Shown in pieces: positions 1 to 10,539 of a DNA stretch of 32,000 bases (positions within the stretch are counted from its first letter, which is position 1; each line of letters begins with the position of its first letter). The translations under genes and the position numbers were made by a program. The notes under the pieces were generated by a model. The model saw only the letters and a list, made by a program, of their open reading frames with translations, was not told the DNA's origin and did no database searches. The stretch comes from Mycobacterium leprae TN. Its GTDB lineage: Bacteria > Actinomycetota > Actinomycetes > Mycobacteriales > Mycobacteriaceae. The stretch is taken from assembly GCF_000195855.1 (NCBI RefSeq), contig NC_002677.1:1440001-1472000 (forward strand), written 5' to 3'.

Positions 1-1071
1 CGGCCGCGCTCAGCCGTTGCCACCGAGCTGGATCTGGCCTCCAACGACTATCTCGGTCTCTCCCAACATCCCGACGTCATCGACGGCGGCGTTGCGGCGT
101 TGCGGGTTTGGGGTGCAGGTGCCACCGGATCCCGCCTGGTCACCGGCGATACCATACTGCACCACGAATTGGAATGCGAGCTAGCTGAATTTGTCGGCGC
201 CTGTGTCGGCCTACTGTTTTCTTCCGGTTATGCCGCCAACCTCGGGGCTGTTGTCGGTTTGTCCGGCCCGGGTTCGCTGATCGTCTCCGATGCCTATTCG
301 CACGCGTCCCTGGTGGATGCTTGCCGGCTGTCGCGGGCGCGGGTGGTGGTGACACCGCACTGTGACGTTGACGCCGTGGACACCGCGCTGAGGTCATGCC
401 ACGAGGAGCGTGCGGTTGTTGTCACTGAGTCGGTGTTCAGCGCTGATGGTGTGCTGGCCCCTGTTTCGGAGTTGCACGATGTATGCCGTCGGCACGGCGC
501 GTTGCTCCTCGTAGACGAGGCGCACGGCCTCGGTGTGCGTGGTGGTGGGCGCGGGCTGGTATACGAGGTCGGGCTGGCGGGTGCACCTGACGTGGTGATT
601 ACGACTACCATGTCCAAGGCGCTCGGCAGCCAGGGTGGTGCGGTTCTCGGGTCGTCCGCGGTGCGTGCTCACCTGATCAATACCGCCCGTCCGTTCATCT
701 TCGACACTGGTTTGGCGCCTGCGGCGGTAGGTGCCGCGCGGGCCGCGCTGCAAATACTGAAGGCCGAGACGTGGCGCCCAGAGGCGGTGTTGCAGCACGC
801 CCGAACCTTGGCTAAGATCTGCGATCTGTCCGAGCTGCCGCAGTCGGCGGTGGTCTCAGTAGTGTTGGGCGATCCGGAGGTAGCGTTGGCCGCCGCGATC
901 GCCTGCCTGGACGCCGGCGTGCGGGTGGGCTGCTTCCGGCCTCCGACTGTGCCGGCCGGGACGTCGCGGCTGCGGTTGACTGCGCACGCGTCTCTCGATA
1001 GCGCTAAGTTGGAAGTGGCCCGGCGGGTGTTGACGGACGTTCTTGGTGGCTGTTGTGTGGCGCGCCGTTGA
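1..1071 (+). CDS. bioF: 8-amino-7-oxononanoate synthase (5' end outside window)
   Basis: Frame 1 is open from base 1 ([24 protein letters not shown]...), upstream of the track start at 100. PLP-lysine motif [15 protein letters not shown], and followed by bioD. Confidence 0.95.
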   Translation, partial: RPRSAVATELDLASNDYLGLSQHPDVIDGGVAALRVWGAGATGSRLVTGDTILHHELECELAEFVGACVGLLFSSGYAANLGAVVGLSGPGSLIVSDAYSHASLVDACRLSRARVVVTPHCDVDAVDTALRSCHEERAVVVTESVFSADGVLAPVSELHDVCRRHGALLLVDEAHGLGVRGGGRGLVYEVGLAGAPDVVITTTMSKALGSQGGAVLGSSAVRAHLINTARPFIFDTGLAPAAVGAARAALQILKAETWRPEAVLQHARTLAKICDLSELPQSAVVSVVLGDPEVALAAAIACLDAGVRVGCFRPPTVPAGTSRLRLTAHASLDSAKLEVARRVLTDVLGGCCVARR

Positions 1072-1748
1072 CTGTCGTGGTCGTTACCGGCACTGACACG
1101 GGGGTCGGCAAGACCGTCGCCTGTGCAGCGCTGGCGTGTCACGCGCGTCAAGCTGGTATCGAAGTGGCAGTGTGCAAACCGGTTCAGACCGGAACTCAGA
1201 TCGGAGACGATGACCTTGCCGAGGTGGCCCGACTATCTGGGGTGACCGAACTCACCGGCTTGGTGAGATATCCGCAACCACTGGCGCCGGCCGCCGCCGC
1301 CGAACACGCCGGGATGGCATTACCCACCCGCGAGCAACTGCTGGAGCTCATCGCCGGACTGGATCGCCCGGGACGCTTGATTTTGGTCGAAGGCGCTGGT
1401 GGTCTACTGGTCGAACTCGCTGATGCTAGTGCCACTTTGCGTGATCTAGCTGTCGAGCTAGGTGCACTGGCACTGGTCACGGTCAGTGTGGAATTGGGCA
1501 CCCTCAACCACACCGCGCTGACTCTGGAGGCGTTGACCACACGAGGGGTTGCGTGCGCCGGCTTGGTGATCGGCAGCTGGACGGGGCGGCCCGGTGCGGT
1601 GCAGATATCCAATCGGTCTGCGCTGGCCCGGCTGGCTCCAATGCGGGCCACGTTGCCTGCCGGGGCCGGATCGATGGACGCCACGGATTTTGCGGCGATG
1701 AGCGCGGCGGCCTTCGACCGGGACTGGGTAACCACGTTGGTCCATTGA
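1068..1748 (+). CDS. bioD: ATP-dependent dethiobiotin synthetase
   Basis: [23 protein letters not shown]-loop and [11 protein letters not shown] start at 1068 overlaps the bioF stop; the track start at 1053 is an alternative in the same frame. Confidence 0.93.
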   Translation: MTVVVVTGTDTGVGKTVACAALACHARQAGIEVAVCKPVQTGTQIGDDDLAEVARLSGVTELTGLVRYPQPLAPAAAAEHAGMALPTREQLLELIAGLDRPGRLILVEGAGGLLVELADASATLRDLAVELGALALVTVSVELGTLNHTALTLEALTTRGVACAGLVIGSWTGRPGAVQISNRSALARLAPMRATLPAGAGSMDATDFAAMSAAAFDRDWVTTLVH

Positions 1749-2275
1749 TGGTTCATTCGCTCGAGCTGGTCTTCGACCCCGACACCGAGTCGGCGATCTG
1801 TCGCATTTGGGACCAGCTGGCCAGCGCCGGAATACCCAGCCAAGCGTCAGCTAGCCGTCCTCACGTTACGTTGGCCGTTGCTGAACATATCGGCGCCGAG
1901 GTCGATCAGCTGCTTGGTCCGGTGAGTCAGCGGCTGCTGCTGGACGCCACGATCAGTGTGTCGGTGCTGTTCGGCCGAGCCCACGTGGTGTTCGCACGAC
2001 TCGTGGTACCAACCAGCGATCTGTTAGCCCTGCACGCCGAGGTGCATCGATTGTGCTTTTAGGCTTCCTGGGCCGGCTGCCAGCTGCGGTGGCCCCGCTG
2101 CCCAACAGCGTGCCCGGTCAGTGGATCGCGCATGTCACGCTGGCCCGTCGGGTCTGTGGTGCTCAACTGGGGCGGACTCTGCGCATCGCGGGCCAGCCGT
2201 CACAGATTGACGGCCACTTTGCTGGCCTGCGCCGCTGGGCACGGTAACAAGCGCATCAAATACATGATCAGCTGA
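1748..2275 (+). pseudogene. 2'-5' RNA ligase / 2H phosphoesterase family protein (Rv1571-like), frameshifted
   Basis: Two HxT motifs (RPHVTLAV and AHVTLARR) lie in different frames: ORF 1748..2062 and ORF 2053..2247. A third frame completes the C-terminus as GHGNKRIKYMIS* (stop 2273-2275). The start overlaps the bioD stop (TGATG). Confidence 0.8.
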
Positions 2276-2501
2276 CCTAGCTACGCTGGGTGTTCGCCAG
2301 CAAAGCACTCACTCGGTGGTTCGACCCCGCGGCACGATGGCCAAGCTGTCGCTGGCTGACGGCAACGAGTTTGTTCAAGCGTAAACGGCTGACCTAACGT
2401 GGACACCGTTCATGTCAGGCCGCGAAGAGCCTGGTGAACCGCTTCGGTATCCGCAAGCTCGGACCCTAGTTTTAAGACTTGAACGTGAAAAGGAGTACTG
2501 C

Positions 2502-3539
2502 GTGACTCAGGCGGGGACTCGGTCAACTAATGGTGATACCGAAAATACTGACATCTTGGCTCAGGCTCGCCAGCAGGTGCTAGAGCGCGGTGAGGGCTTG
2601 AGCCGGGACCAGGTGCTGCAGATGCTGTGGCTACCCGACGACCGACTCGAGGAATTGCTGGCGTTAGCCCACGACGTGCGGATGCGCTGGTGCGGTCCAG
2701 AGGTCGAGATCGAGGGCATCATCAGTCTGAAAACCGGTGGCTGCCCAGAGGATTGCCATTTCTGCTCACAGTCTGGGTTGTTCATGTCGCCGGTGCGCAG
2801 TGCCTGGCTGGATATCCGCAGCCTGGTAGAGGCAGCCAAGCAGACTGCCAAGTCAGGTGCCACTGAATTCTGCATCGTGGCAGCGGTACGAGGGCCCGAT
2901 GAGCGGTTGATGTCCCAGGTAGCGGCCGGCATTGAGGCGATTCGGAACGAAGTCGAGATTAATATTGCTTGCTCGCTGGGGATGCTGACCGTCGAGCAGG
3001 TGGAGCAGCTCTCGGGCATTGGCGTGCACCGCTATAACCACAACCTCGAAACAGCCCGCTCGTTTTTCACCAACGTTGTCACCACGCACACCTGGGAAGA
3101 GCGCTGGCAAACGTTATCGATGGTTCGGGACGCCGGCATGGAGGTATGCTGTGGCGGCATTCTCGGCATGGGGGAGACAGTCGAGCAGCGCGCAGAATTT
3201 GCTCTTGAACTCGCCGAACTCGGCCCTGATGAGGTTCCTTTGAATTTTCTCAACCCGAGGCCCGGTACTCCCTTTGGTGCCCTTGAGGTGATGCCGCCCA
3301 GCGAAGCATTAAAATCGGTGGCTGCATTCCGATTGGCGTTGCCGCGCACGATCCTGCGCTTCGCCGGCGGCCGCGAGATCACCCTGGGTGACCTGGGCGC
3401 CAAGCAGGGCATGCTGGGCGGCATCAACGCAGTGATCGTGGGGAACTACTTGACCACGTTGGGTCGGCCCGCCGAAGCCGATTTGAGATTGCTTGACGAT
3501 CTACAAATGCCTATCAAGGCACTCAATGCCAGCCTATAG
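2502..3539 (+). CDS. bioB: Biotin synthase (radical SAM)
   Basis: Radical SAM cluster motif CPEDCHFC and [15 protein letters not shown] at 2502 ([11 protein letters not shown]...) is preceded by AAAGGAG; the track start at 2412 is probably too early. Confidence 0.95.
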   Translation: MTQAGTRSTNGDTENTDILAQARQQVLERGEGLSRDQVLQMLWLPDDRLEELLALAHDVRMRWCGPEVEIEGIISLKTGGCPEDCHFCSQSGLFMSPVRSAWLDIRSLVEAAKQTAKSGATEFCIVAAVRGPDERLMSQVAAGIEAIRNEVEINIACSLGMLTVEQVEQLSGIGVHRYNHNLETARSFFTNVVTTHTWEERWQTLSMVRDAGMEVCCGGILGMGETVEQRAEFALELAELGPDEVPLNFLNPRPGTPFGALEVMPPSEALKSVAAFRLALPRTILRFAGGREITLGDLGAKQGMLGGINAVIVGNYLTTLGRPAEADLRLLDDLQMPIKALNASL

Positions 3540-3564
3540 AAAATGCCTATAGAAAATAAGGACT

Positions 3565-3807
3565 GTGGTTCAGGATCTTCCTACTCCGATCGGTGCGGGC
3601 ATCTACAACATCTATACCGGTGTCAAACACCGGGATGAACTTGCTGGCGCTTCGATGCCCACAGTGGCCCAGTTAGGCCTGGAGCCTCCTCGGTTTTGCG
3701 CGGAATGCGGACGGCGGATGGTTGTGCAGGTTCGTCCCGACGGCTGGCGGGCGAAGTGTTCGCGGCACGGACAGGTGGACTCGGTCGACATGGAGGCAAA
3801 GCGGTGA
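3565..3807 (+). CDS. Small conserved zinc-ribbon-like protein (Rv1590-like)
   Basis: 80 aa ORF with CAECGRR...C, GTG start with upstream AAGGA, between bioB and an overlapping downstream gene. Confidence 0.7.
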   Translation: MVQDLPTPIGAGIYNIYTGVKHRDELAGASMPTVAQLGLEPPRFCAECGRRMVVQVRPDGWRAKCSRHGQVDSVDMEAKR

Positions 3808-4400
3808 CCGAACATTGCGCGTCGGACATTTCCGATGTCTCCTGCCCACCGCGGGGGCGTGTGATCGTCGGGGTGGTGCTGGGCCTTGCGGGGACTGGCG
3901 CGTTGATAGGCGGGCTGTGGGCCTGGATTGCCCCACCGATCCATGCGGTAGTGGGGCTCACGCGGACAGGCGAACGAGGGCACGACTACCTGGGCAACGA
4001 GTCCGAGCACTTCTTTGTCGCGCCATGCTTGATGTTGGGCTTATTAACTGTGCTGGCGGTTACGGCGTCGGTGCTGGCATGGCAGTTGCGTCAGCACCGT
4101 GGGCCGGGGATGGTTATCGGGCTCGCGATTGGCTTGATGATCTGCGCCGCAACTGCGGCAGCGGTGGGGGCGCTGTTGGTTTGGATGCGCTATGGTGCCT
4201 TGAATTTCGACGCAGTACCGCTGTCGTACGACCACAAAGTGGCGCACGTCATTCAAGCACCGCCGGTGTTCTTCGCGCACGGATTGCTGCAAGTAGCGGC
4301 CACCGTGCTATGGCCGGCGGGCATCGCTGCGCTGGTGTATGCGGTGCTTGCTGCCGCGAACGGACGCGACGACCTGGGCGGCAGACTATGTAGTCGGTAA
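3804..4400 (+). CDS. Conserved membrane protein (Rv1591-like)
   Basis: Multiple hydrophobic segments ([59 protein letters not shown]). GTG start overlaps the upstream stop (GTGA); the track start at 3696 is upstream in frame. Confidence 0.75.
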   Translation: MTEHCASDISDVSCPPRGRVIVGVVLGLAGTGALIGGLWAWIAPPIHAVVGLTRTGERGHDYLGNESEHFFVAPCLMLGLLTVLAVTASVLAWQLRQHRGPGMVIGLAIGLMICAATAAAVGALLVWMRYGALNFDAVPLSYDHKVAHVIQAPPVFFAHGLLQVAATVLWPAGIAALVYAVLAAANGRDDLGGRLCSR

Positions 4401-4699
4401 GCCGCGAAGGCGCTACCATGGAGCCCGAAGCCTGTGTGCCGTAACAGCTGTCAGAGCGGGTGATGATGCACTTTCCCGCCGATGATGACCTTGGGGCAAT
4501 TATCGCTATTCGTACTAGGCTGACGTAGGTTGCGAGATTGAGCATCGTTAGCCAGCTGGTCCTGATGAGCTGATTGATCAGCGGTCGACTGGCGAGCTGG
4601 TCCGCGAACCAGCTCAGGGGTATCAGGACGGATAGCGGATGCAGGGAGATGTGCTCGCTAACGGGTTCTGGTGATCGGTCATGTTGGCACTACCGGCCA

Positions 4700-5900
4700 A
4701 ATAGGCGTCGGCTAGCACGGTCATGAAGTTTAGTCGTGGATGGCCTGCACGATCAAGATTTGGCGGTTTGGCACTCCGGAGCTCAGTTTGATGTTGTTGA
4801 AAACATGCGCAACCGTCGGTCTGGACAGGGTTTCCGCGAGCGGTTTGTGGATATAGCCACTGAATGTTCTTCCCGCCATCTTGATGACCGCGCCCACCGT
4901 CGTCATCTGTTTCAGCCGCGTTGGCAGGGCGCGTCCTTCGTCGTTAGCGTGCTCTTTGATGACTTTGTCCAGAGCGGGATAGGTGTGTGATAGGGGGCGA
5001 CCACCATCAGTGCTGGCAAACTTGCAAGGAAGTCGCCGTTGAGTTGACGGAAGGTATGGCCTGGGTCGCCGATCGATGATCCCGGCACCGCTCCGACGAT
5101 GTCCAGCTTGGGTGCCTACTCGGCACATACTTCAGCAGCCCACGGGGTTGGCTAGTCCGTCGCCGGAATATCCCCCTACAGCCCGATTGGCGTAACTGGG
5201 GGCAAAATCCGATGGATTTTTAGAGTCCAGGGTGGCCCGGATGCCGTCCAGCACGTAATAGCCAGGCTCATTAGAGCGAACCCCACAATCCGTGGGGCCC
5301 TTTGTGGTCGGGTACCGAGATTGCTCATTCCTCGGCGAGGGCAGCAATGGTCATCAAAAGCTCGAATTGGGTCAGTGAACCTCAGGCCTTGGCCTTTCGT
5401 TGCAGAGCATAGGACGAAAAACGGCGGGACGACATAGTGTCCGATCACGCACTGATGCGATGGTAGCGGGGCTGGTCCGGCCGGGAGGATCACCATGGTC
5501 ACCATCGCCTCTGGCTTGACGTTCATGTCCATCGTTCGACAGAGCAGCTGGCTTGTGGTGCAAGGGGGTACGGGATCAGATCCAGGAACGCCATCTCGAC
5601 GACGTCGTGGGAGCGCAGCACGGTCCCGGTGTGGTGTGGTGATAGCCAGGCGGCGGCTAAAGGAATTTTTAGACGGCAGCGGTGGATGTATAGATGTATA
5701 TTTATGTTGCAACTTCTCACGCAGCGGGCGGCTGATCAACTCCCCTCGCTTTCGCCAGGTTGGCGAGCTCCACTACGAGGCTTTCTTCGTGACCAGTCGG
5801 TATTCGTGCGCATGAACGGCCGGCGGCCATACCATCGGGCTGTGTGGTTAGCGAGTTCACACTTGTGTTCACGCCGATATCCACTACCCTAAAAACGCCG
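4700..5900 (-). pseudogene. Secretory lipase-family protein (Rv1592c-like), multiply disrupted
   Basis: Minus-strand fragments in different frames retain lipase-like segments: YYVLDGIRATLDS...AVGGYSGDGLA (nucleophile-elbow-like) in ORF 5132..5347, and [18 protein letters not shown]...FNNIKLSSGVPNRQILIVQAIHD in ORF 4730..5128. It sits between the Rv1591-like gene and the Nudix gene. Ends are approximate. Confidence 0.7.
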
Positions 5901-5946
5901 CGTTGTTTCCGTCAGTACAGGTAGTGCTCCAGTAATGACCGCGTGG

Positions 5947-6666
5947 TTAATTCCCGGGCGGCCGCAGCGCGGCAAATTCGTCAGTAACCCTTAACTGTGA
6001 GTCGGTGAATCGATACAACGCGGCCGGGCGTCCGCCGCTACGGCCCGACTGCGCTACGGTTCCAGTCTGGATGATGACGCTGCGACGGGCCAGTACCCGT
6101 TGCAGATTCGTTGCGTCGACCTGATACCCTAGCGTCGCGCCGTAGATGTCACGCAGCGTTGATAACGCGAATTCCTTTGGAGCCAGAGCGAATCCGATGT
6201 TTGTGTAGGACATTTTGGCGACCAGTCTGGCGCGTGCGTGCGTAACCATCGGGCCGTGATCGAAGGCCATCGATGGCAGCGTGTTCAGCGGGTGCCAGCG
6301 GGTGTCTGGCGGCAACTCGGGGGTGGCGGGGGAGGGAACTAATCCCAGAAAGGTGGACGCGATCATCCGAGTGCCCGGTAGTCGGGCAGGTTCGGAGAAC
6401 ACGGCGAGCTGCTCCAAATGTGCGAGCTCCCGAAGATCGACTTTTTCGGCCAATTGGCGCCTAACCGAATAGGTCATGTCCTCGTCATTGCGCAGCCGTC
6501 CGCCCGGCAGCGACCATGCGCCTCGTTGCGGATCCTGGGAACGTTCCCATAACAGCACGCTAAGTTGCGGTTTTGCCTTTTGCGGGGTTCCCTTCACCTG
6601 CTCGGCAACTCGGCGAACCTGGAACACGACAGCTAGCACTTCGTGTGCGGTGCTAGCATAGGCCAT
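5947..6666 (-). CDS. nrtR: NrtR-family Nudix-domain transcriptional regulator of NAD biosynthesis (Rv1593c-like)
   Basis: Nudix-like segment [26 protein letters not shown] plus C-terminal winged-helix segment [16 protein letters not shown]...[13 protein letters not shown]. Divergent from nadABC. Start assigned at ATG 6666 ([19 protein letters not shown]). Confidence 0.85.
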   Translation of the reverse strand: MAYASTAHEVLAVVFQVRRVAEQVKGTPQKAKPQLSVLLWERSQDPQRGAWSLPGGRLRNDEDMTYSVRRQLAEKVDLRELAHLEQLAVFSEPARLPGTRMIASTFLGLVPSPATPELPPDTRWHPLNTLPSMAFDHGPMVTHARARLVAKMSYTNIGFALAPKEFALSTLRDIYGATLGYQVDATNLQRVLARRSVIIQTGTVAQSGRSGGRPAALYRFTDSQLRVTDEFAALRPPGN

Positions 6667-6689
6667 GTTTTCGATTATAAGTCGAAAAC
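6667..6689. promoter_or_regulatory. Candidate NrtR operator: perfect 8-bp inverted repeat GTTTTCGA-N7-TCGAAAAC
   Basis: Read directly from the sequence. It lies immediately upstream of the regulator ATG and 24 bp upstream of the nadA GTG. Confidence 0.65.
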
Positions 6690-6712
6690 CTCCTGTGCCG
6701 AAAGGAGCTGCC

Positions 6713-7771
6713 GTGACGGTGCTGAATGGCATGGAGCCGCTCGCCGGCGACATGACTGTCGTGATTGCTGGCATTACCGATTCACCGGTCGGCTACGCCG
6801 GCGTGGACGGTGACGAGCAGTGGGCTACTGAGATTCGTCGGTTGACGCGATTGCGTGGCGCCACTGTGCTTGCGCACAACTATCAGTTGCCCGCCATCCA
6901 GGACATCGCTGACTACGTGGGGGACTCGCTGGCGCTGTCGCGGATCGCTGCCGAGGTGCCCGAGGAGACTATCGTGTTCTGCGGTGTGCACTTTATGGCC
7001 GAGACAGCCAAGATCCTAAGCCCGAACAAGACCGTGCTCATCCCGGACCAGCGGGCGGGCTGTTCACTGGCCGATTCAATCACCCCCGACGAGCTGTGTG
7101 CCTGGAAAGACGAGCACCCCGGCGCTGCTGTGGTGTCTTATGTCAACACCACGGCGGAAGTGAAGGCGCTCACCGATATCTGTTGCACCTCGTCAAATGC
7201 AGTGGACGTCGTCGAGTCCATCGACCCCAGTCGCGAGGTGTTGTTCTGCCCAGACCAATTTCTGGGCGCTCATGTTCGTCGCGTGACCGGCCGCAAGAAC
7301 GTGTATGTGTGGATGGGGGAATGCCACGTGCACGCCGGGATCAACGGCGACGAGCTCGTTGATCAGGCTCGCGCAAATCCCGACGCCGAGCTCTTTGTAC
7401 ACCCGGAATGTGGTTGCTCGACCTCGGCGCTGTACCTCGCTGGCGAAGGCGCGTTCCCGCCGGACCGAGTCAAGATCTTGTCCACTGGCGGCATGCTAAC
7501 TGCCGCTAGGCAGACGCAGTACCGCAAAATTTTGGTCGCCACTGAGGTCGGCATGTTGTATCAGCTGCGCCGGGCAGCACCGGAAATCGACTTCCGCGCG
7601 GTCAACGACCGCGCGTCGTGCAAGTACATGAAGATGATCACCCCCGGTGCACTGTTGCGTTGTCTGGTCGAGGGGACCGACGAGGTTCACGTCGACTCGG
7701 AAATCGCGGCGGCGGGCCGGCGCAGTGTGCAGCGTATGATCGAAATCGGGCTGCCTGGCGGTGGCGAATGA
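6713..7771 (+). CDS. nadA: Quinolinate synthase A
   Basis: [50 protein letters not shown] start with AAAGGAG upstream. Confidence 0.95.
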   Translation: MTVLNGMEPLAGDMTVVIAGITDSPVGYAGVDGDEQWATEIRRLTRLRGATVLAHNYQLPAIQDIADYVGDSLALSRIAAEVPEETIVFCGVHFMAETAKILSPNKTVLIPDQRAGCSLADSITPDELCAWKDEHPGAAVVSYVNTTAEVKALTDICCTSSNAVDVVESIDPSREVLFCPDQFLGAHVRRVTGRKNVYVWMGECHVHAGINGDELVDQARANPDAELFVHPECGCSTSALYLAGEGAFPPDRVKILSTGGMLTAARQTQYRKILVATEVGMLYQLRRAAPEIDFRAVNDRASCKYMKMITPGALLRCLVEGTDEVHVDSEIAAAGRRSVQRMIEIGLPGGGE

Positions 7772-9351
7772 TGGCCGTTCCCGACTGGAAGCACGCGGCT
7801 GACGTGGTGGTAATAGGAACCGGCGTGGCGGGCTTGGCTGCCGCGCTTGCCGCCCACCGCGCCGGTCGCAACGTCGTCGTACTTACCAAAGCCGATCAGC
7901 GGCGCGGCGAGACAGCGACGCACTACGCGCAAGGCGGCATCGCAGTCGTGTTACCGGGTTCCGACGATTCTGTTGACGCCCATGCTTCCGACACCCTGGC
8001 GGCAGGGGCAGGCATGTGCAATCTCGACACCGTGTATTCGATTGTAGCCGAAGGCTACCACGCGGTTACCGAATTAGTCGGTTACGGAGCGCGTTTCGAC
8101 GAATCGATTCCCGGGCGATGGGCGGTGACGTGTGAAGGAGGGCACTCGCGACGACGCATCGTGCACGCCGGTGGCGATGCCACCGGCGCCGAGGTGCAGC
8201 GGGCGCTCGACCACGCCGCTGACGTGTTGGACATCCGCACTAGCCACCTTGCCCTGCGAGTGTTGCACGATGGCACCGTGGTGAACGGTGTGTCGGTGCT
8301 CAACCCAAACGGGTGGGGTATCGTCAGCGCACCTTCGGTGATCCTGGCCTCCGGTGGGCTCGGGCACCTCTACGGCGCGACCACCAATCCTGAGGGGTCC
8401 ACTGGCGACGGAATCGCGCTGGCGCTGTGGGCTGGCGTGGCGGTTAGCGATCTCGAGTTCATCCAATTCCACCCGACCATGCTTTTCGCGGCGGGTACTG
8501 GCACCGGTGGTCGGCGGCCACTAGTAACCGAAGCCATCCGCGGTGAAGGTGCGATTTTGCTTGATAGCAAAGGTAATTCGGTAACATCAGGGGTGCATCC
8601 ACTGGGTGATCTGGCGCCGCGCGATGTTGTCGCTGCTGCTATCGACGCGCGCCTGAAGGCCACTGGCGATTCGTGCGTCTACCTCGACGCCCGCGGCATC
8701 GACGGCTTCGCTTCCCGGTTCCCCACCGTCACCGCCGCATGCCGGACTGTTGGTATCGACCCGGCCCGTGAACCGATCCCGGTTGTTCCGGGCGCACACT
8801 ACAGCTGCGGTGGCATCGTCACCGATGCGTACGGTCAAACCGAGCTGGCTGGGCTGTTCGCCGCTGGAGAGGTGGCCCGCACCGGGATGCACGGTGCTAA
8901 CCGTTTGGCGTCCAACAGCTTGTTGGAAGGCTTGGTGGTCGGTGGCCGCGCCGGAAGGGCTGCGGCCGCACATGCGGCGGCGGCTGGGCGTGCGTATGTA
9001 TCCAAGCTCGAGCCTGTCACCCATCACGCGCTGAAGCGCCGTGAACTCCAACGCGTGATGAGCCGAGATGCCGCGGTGATGCGCAACGCCGCAGGTCTGC
9101 AGCGGTTGTCCGACACGCTGGCTGAGGCGCCGATCCGCCACGTGACCGGCCGCCGCGATTTCGAAGACGTTGCGTTGACGCTGACTGCCCGGGCAGTAGC
9201 AGCTGCGGCCTTGGCCCGCAATGAAAGTCGGGGTTGTCACCACTGCACAGAGTATCCGGACACCGCGCCAGAACACGCCCGCAGCACTGTGATTCGACTG
9301 GCTGACGACCAAAACTTGGTGCGTGCGGAGGCATTGGCGACGGTGGGTTGA
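7768..9351 (+). CDS. nadB: L-aspartate oxidase
   Basis: FAD-binding [17 protein letters not shown]; [12 protein letters not shown]; [27 protein letters not shown] at 7768 or 7771 overlaps the nadA stop. The track start at 7618 is too early. Confidence 0.95.
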   Translation: MMAVPDWKHAADVVVIGTGVAGLAAALAAHRAGRNVVVLTKADQRRGETATHYAQGGIAVVLPGSDDSVDAHASDTLAAGAGMCNLDTVYSIVAEGYHAVTELVGYGARFDESIPGRWAVTCEGGHSRRRIVHAGGDATGAEVQRALDHAADVLDIRTSHLALRVLHDGTVVNGVSVLNPNGWGIVSAPSVILASGGLGHLYGATTNPEGSTGDGIALALWAGVAVSDLEFIQFHPTMLFAAGTGTGGRRPLVTEAIRGEGAILLDSKGNSVTSGVHPLGDLAPRDVVAAAIDARLKATGDSCVYLDARGIDGFASRFPTVTAACRTVGIDPAREPIPVVPGAHYSCGGIVTDAYGQTELAGLFAAGEVARTGMHGANRLASNSLLEGLVVGGRAGRAAAAHAAAAGRAYVSKLEPVTHHALKRRELQRVMSRDAAVMRNAAGLQRLSDTLAEAPIRHVTGRRDFEDVALTLTARAVAAAALARNESRGCHHCTEYPDTAPEHARSTVIRLADDQNLVRAEALATVG

Positions 9352-9353
9352 TA

Positions 9354-10208
9354 ATGCTGTCCGACTGCGAATTCGATGCGGCGCGAGACACTATTCGGCG
9401 CGCTCTGCATGAGGATCTACGGTACGGGCTCGACATCACTACGCAGGCCACCGTGCCGGCTGGTACGGTCGTCACGGGGTCGATGGTGCCTCGCGAGCCG
9501 GGTGTGATTGCCGGGGTGGATGTGGCGTTGCTGGTCCTCGATGAGGTGTTCGGCGTCGACGGCTACCGGGTTCTCTATCGCGTTGAGGACGGTGCCCGGT
9601 TGCAATCAGGTCAACCACTGCTGACCGTGCAGGCAGCAGCCCGAGGGCTGTTGACGGCTGAGCGGACCATGTTGAACCTGGTCTGCCACATGTCCGGGAT
9701 AGCCACTGTGACGGTGGCCTGGGTTGACGCCGTACGTGGCACAAAAGCCAAGATCCGAGATACCCGTAAGACGCTTCCTGGTCTGCGTGCGCTGCAGAAG
9801 TACGCGGTGCGTGTCGGCGGCGGTGTCAACCATCGACTGGGGCTCGGTGATACCGCCTTGATCAAGGACAACCATGTTGCCGCTGTAGGATCGGTGGTTG
9901 ACGCGCTGCGGGCAGTGAGGGCAGCTGCGCCTGAGCTTCCGTGCGAAGTCGAAGTGGACTCACTCGAGCAGCTTGATGCCATGCTGGCTGAGGAGCCCGA
10001 ACTGATCCTGCTGGACAATTTCCCAGTGTGGCAGACACAAGTAGCGGTGCAACGTCGAGACATCCGAGCACCTACCGTCCTGCTAGAATCATCCGGTGGG
10101 CTGAGCCTCGAGAATGCGGCGATCTACGCGGGGACCGGCGTAGATTACCTCGCCGTCGGTGCGTTGACTCACTCGGTGCGAATTCTCGACATCGGCTTGG
10201 ATTTGTAG
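9354..10208 (+). CDS. nadC: Nicotinate-nucleotide pyrophosphorylase (carboxylating)
   Basis: AERTMLNLVCHMSGIAT, IRDTRKTLPGLRALQKYAV, GGGVNHRLGLGDTALIKDNH, EVEVDSLEQ. Confidence 0.95.
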   Translation: MLSDCEFDAARDTIRRALHEDLRYGLDITTQATVPAGTVVTGSMVPREPGVIAGVDVALLVLDEVFGVDGYRVLYRVEDGARLQSGQPLLTVQAAARGLLTAERTMLNLVCHMSGIATVTVAWVDAVRGTKAKIRDTRKTLPGLRALQKYAVRVGGGVNHRLGLGDTALIKDNHVAAVGSVVDALRAVRAAAPELPCEVEVDSLEQLDAMLAEEPELILLDNFPVWQTQVAVQRRDIRAPTVLLESSGGLSLENAAIYAGTGVDYLAVGALTHSVRILDIGLDL

Positions 10209-10250
10209 GTTTACTCGCGCAGCAATCAATGTGCGGGCCGTGGGTCTGGA

Positions 10251-10300
10251 AGCGCTGATCCTCTCCCGAATCGCTAGCGATTCGGGAGAGGATCAGCGCT
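10251..10300. repeat. Perfect 50-bp palindrome (25-bp arms, no spacer), 43 bp downstream of nadC
   Basis: AGCGCTGATCCTCTCCCGAATCGCT | AGCGATTCGGGAGAGGATCAGCGCT; the right arm is the exact reverse complement of the left. Confidence 0.97.
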
Positions 10301-10373
10301 GCTTCAATCAACGAGATCCGAGATCAGTGTGAGCCCAATCTGTTCCGCGTGTGCCGCTGACCAGTCTTCCGTA

Positions 10374-10396
10374 CGCCGCTCGATTCTCGAGCGGCG
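10374..10396. terminator. GC-rich hairpin, possible terminator-like structure
   Basis: CGCCGCTCGA-TTC-TCGAGCGGCG: perfect 10-bp stem with a 3-nt loop and no downstream T tract. Confidence 0.5.
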
Positions 10397-10539
10397 CATG
10401 CCAACCTGTGCATGCACGTGCATAAGTTGCGTGTATTAGGTAAAATTACGTTTACCGATTCGGTGGCGATCGGCTCGATGGGACTAGTCGTCGTGCTGAT
10501 CACCGGCCAGCCTAGCCACAAGTAGGTCGATTCACCGAT

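Noticed and set aside
3722-4393. 223-aa plus-strand ORF overlapping the Rv1591-like gene
   Set aside because: The competing frame (3804..4400) has membrane-protein features and a translational overlap with the upstream gene; this one reads as Arg/Gly-rich shadow sequence.
5176-5739. 187-aa minus-strand ORF
   Set aside because: Lies within the decayed lipase region; a chance ORF that only partly overlaps genuine relic segments.
8587-9312. 241-aa minus-strand ORF inside nadB
   Set aside because: Shadow ORF from high-GC coding bias opposite a well-conserved gene; no family motif.
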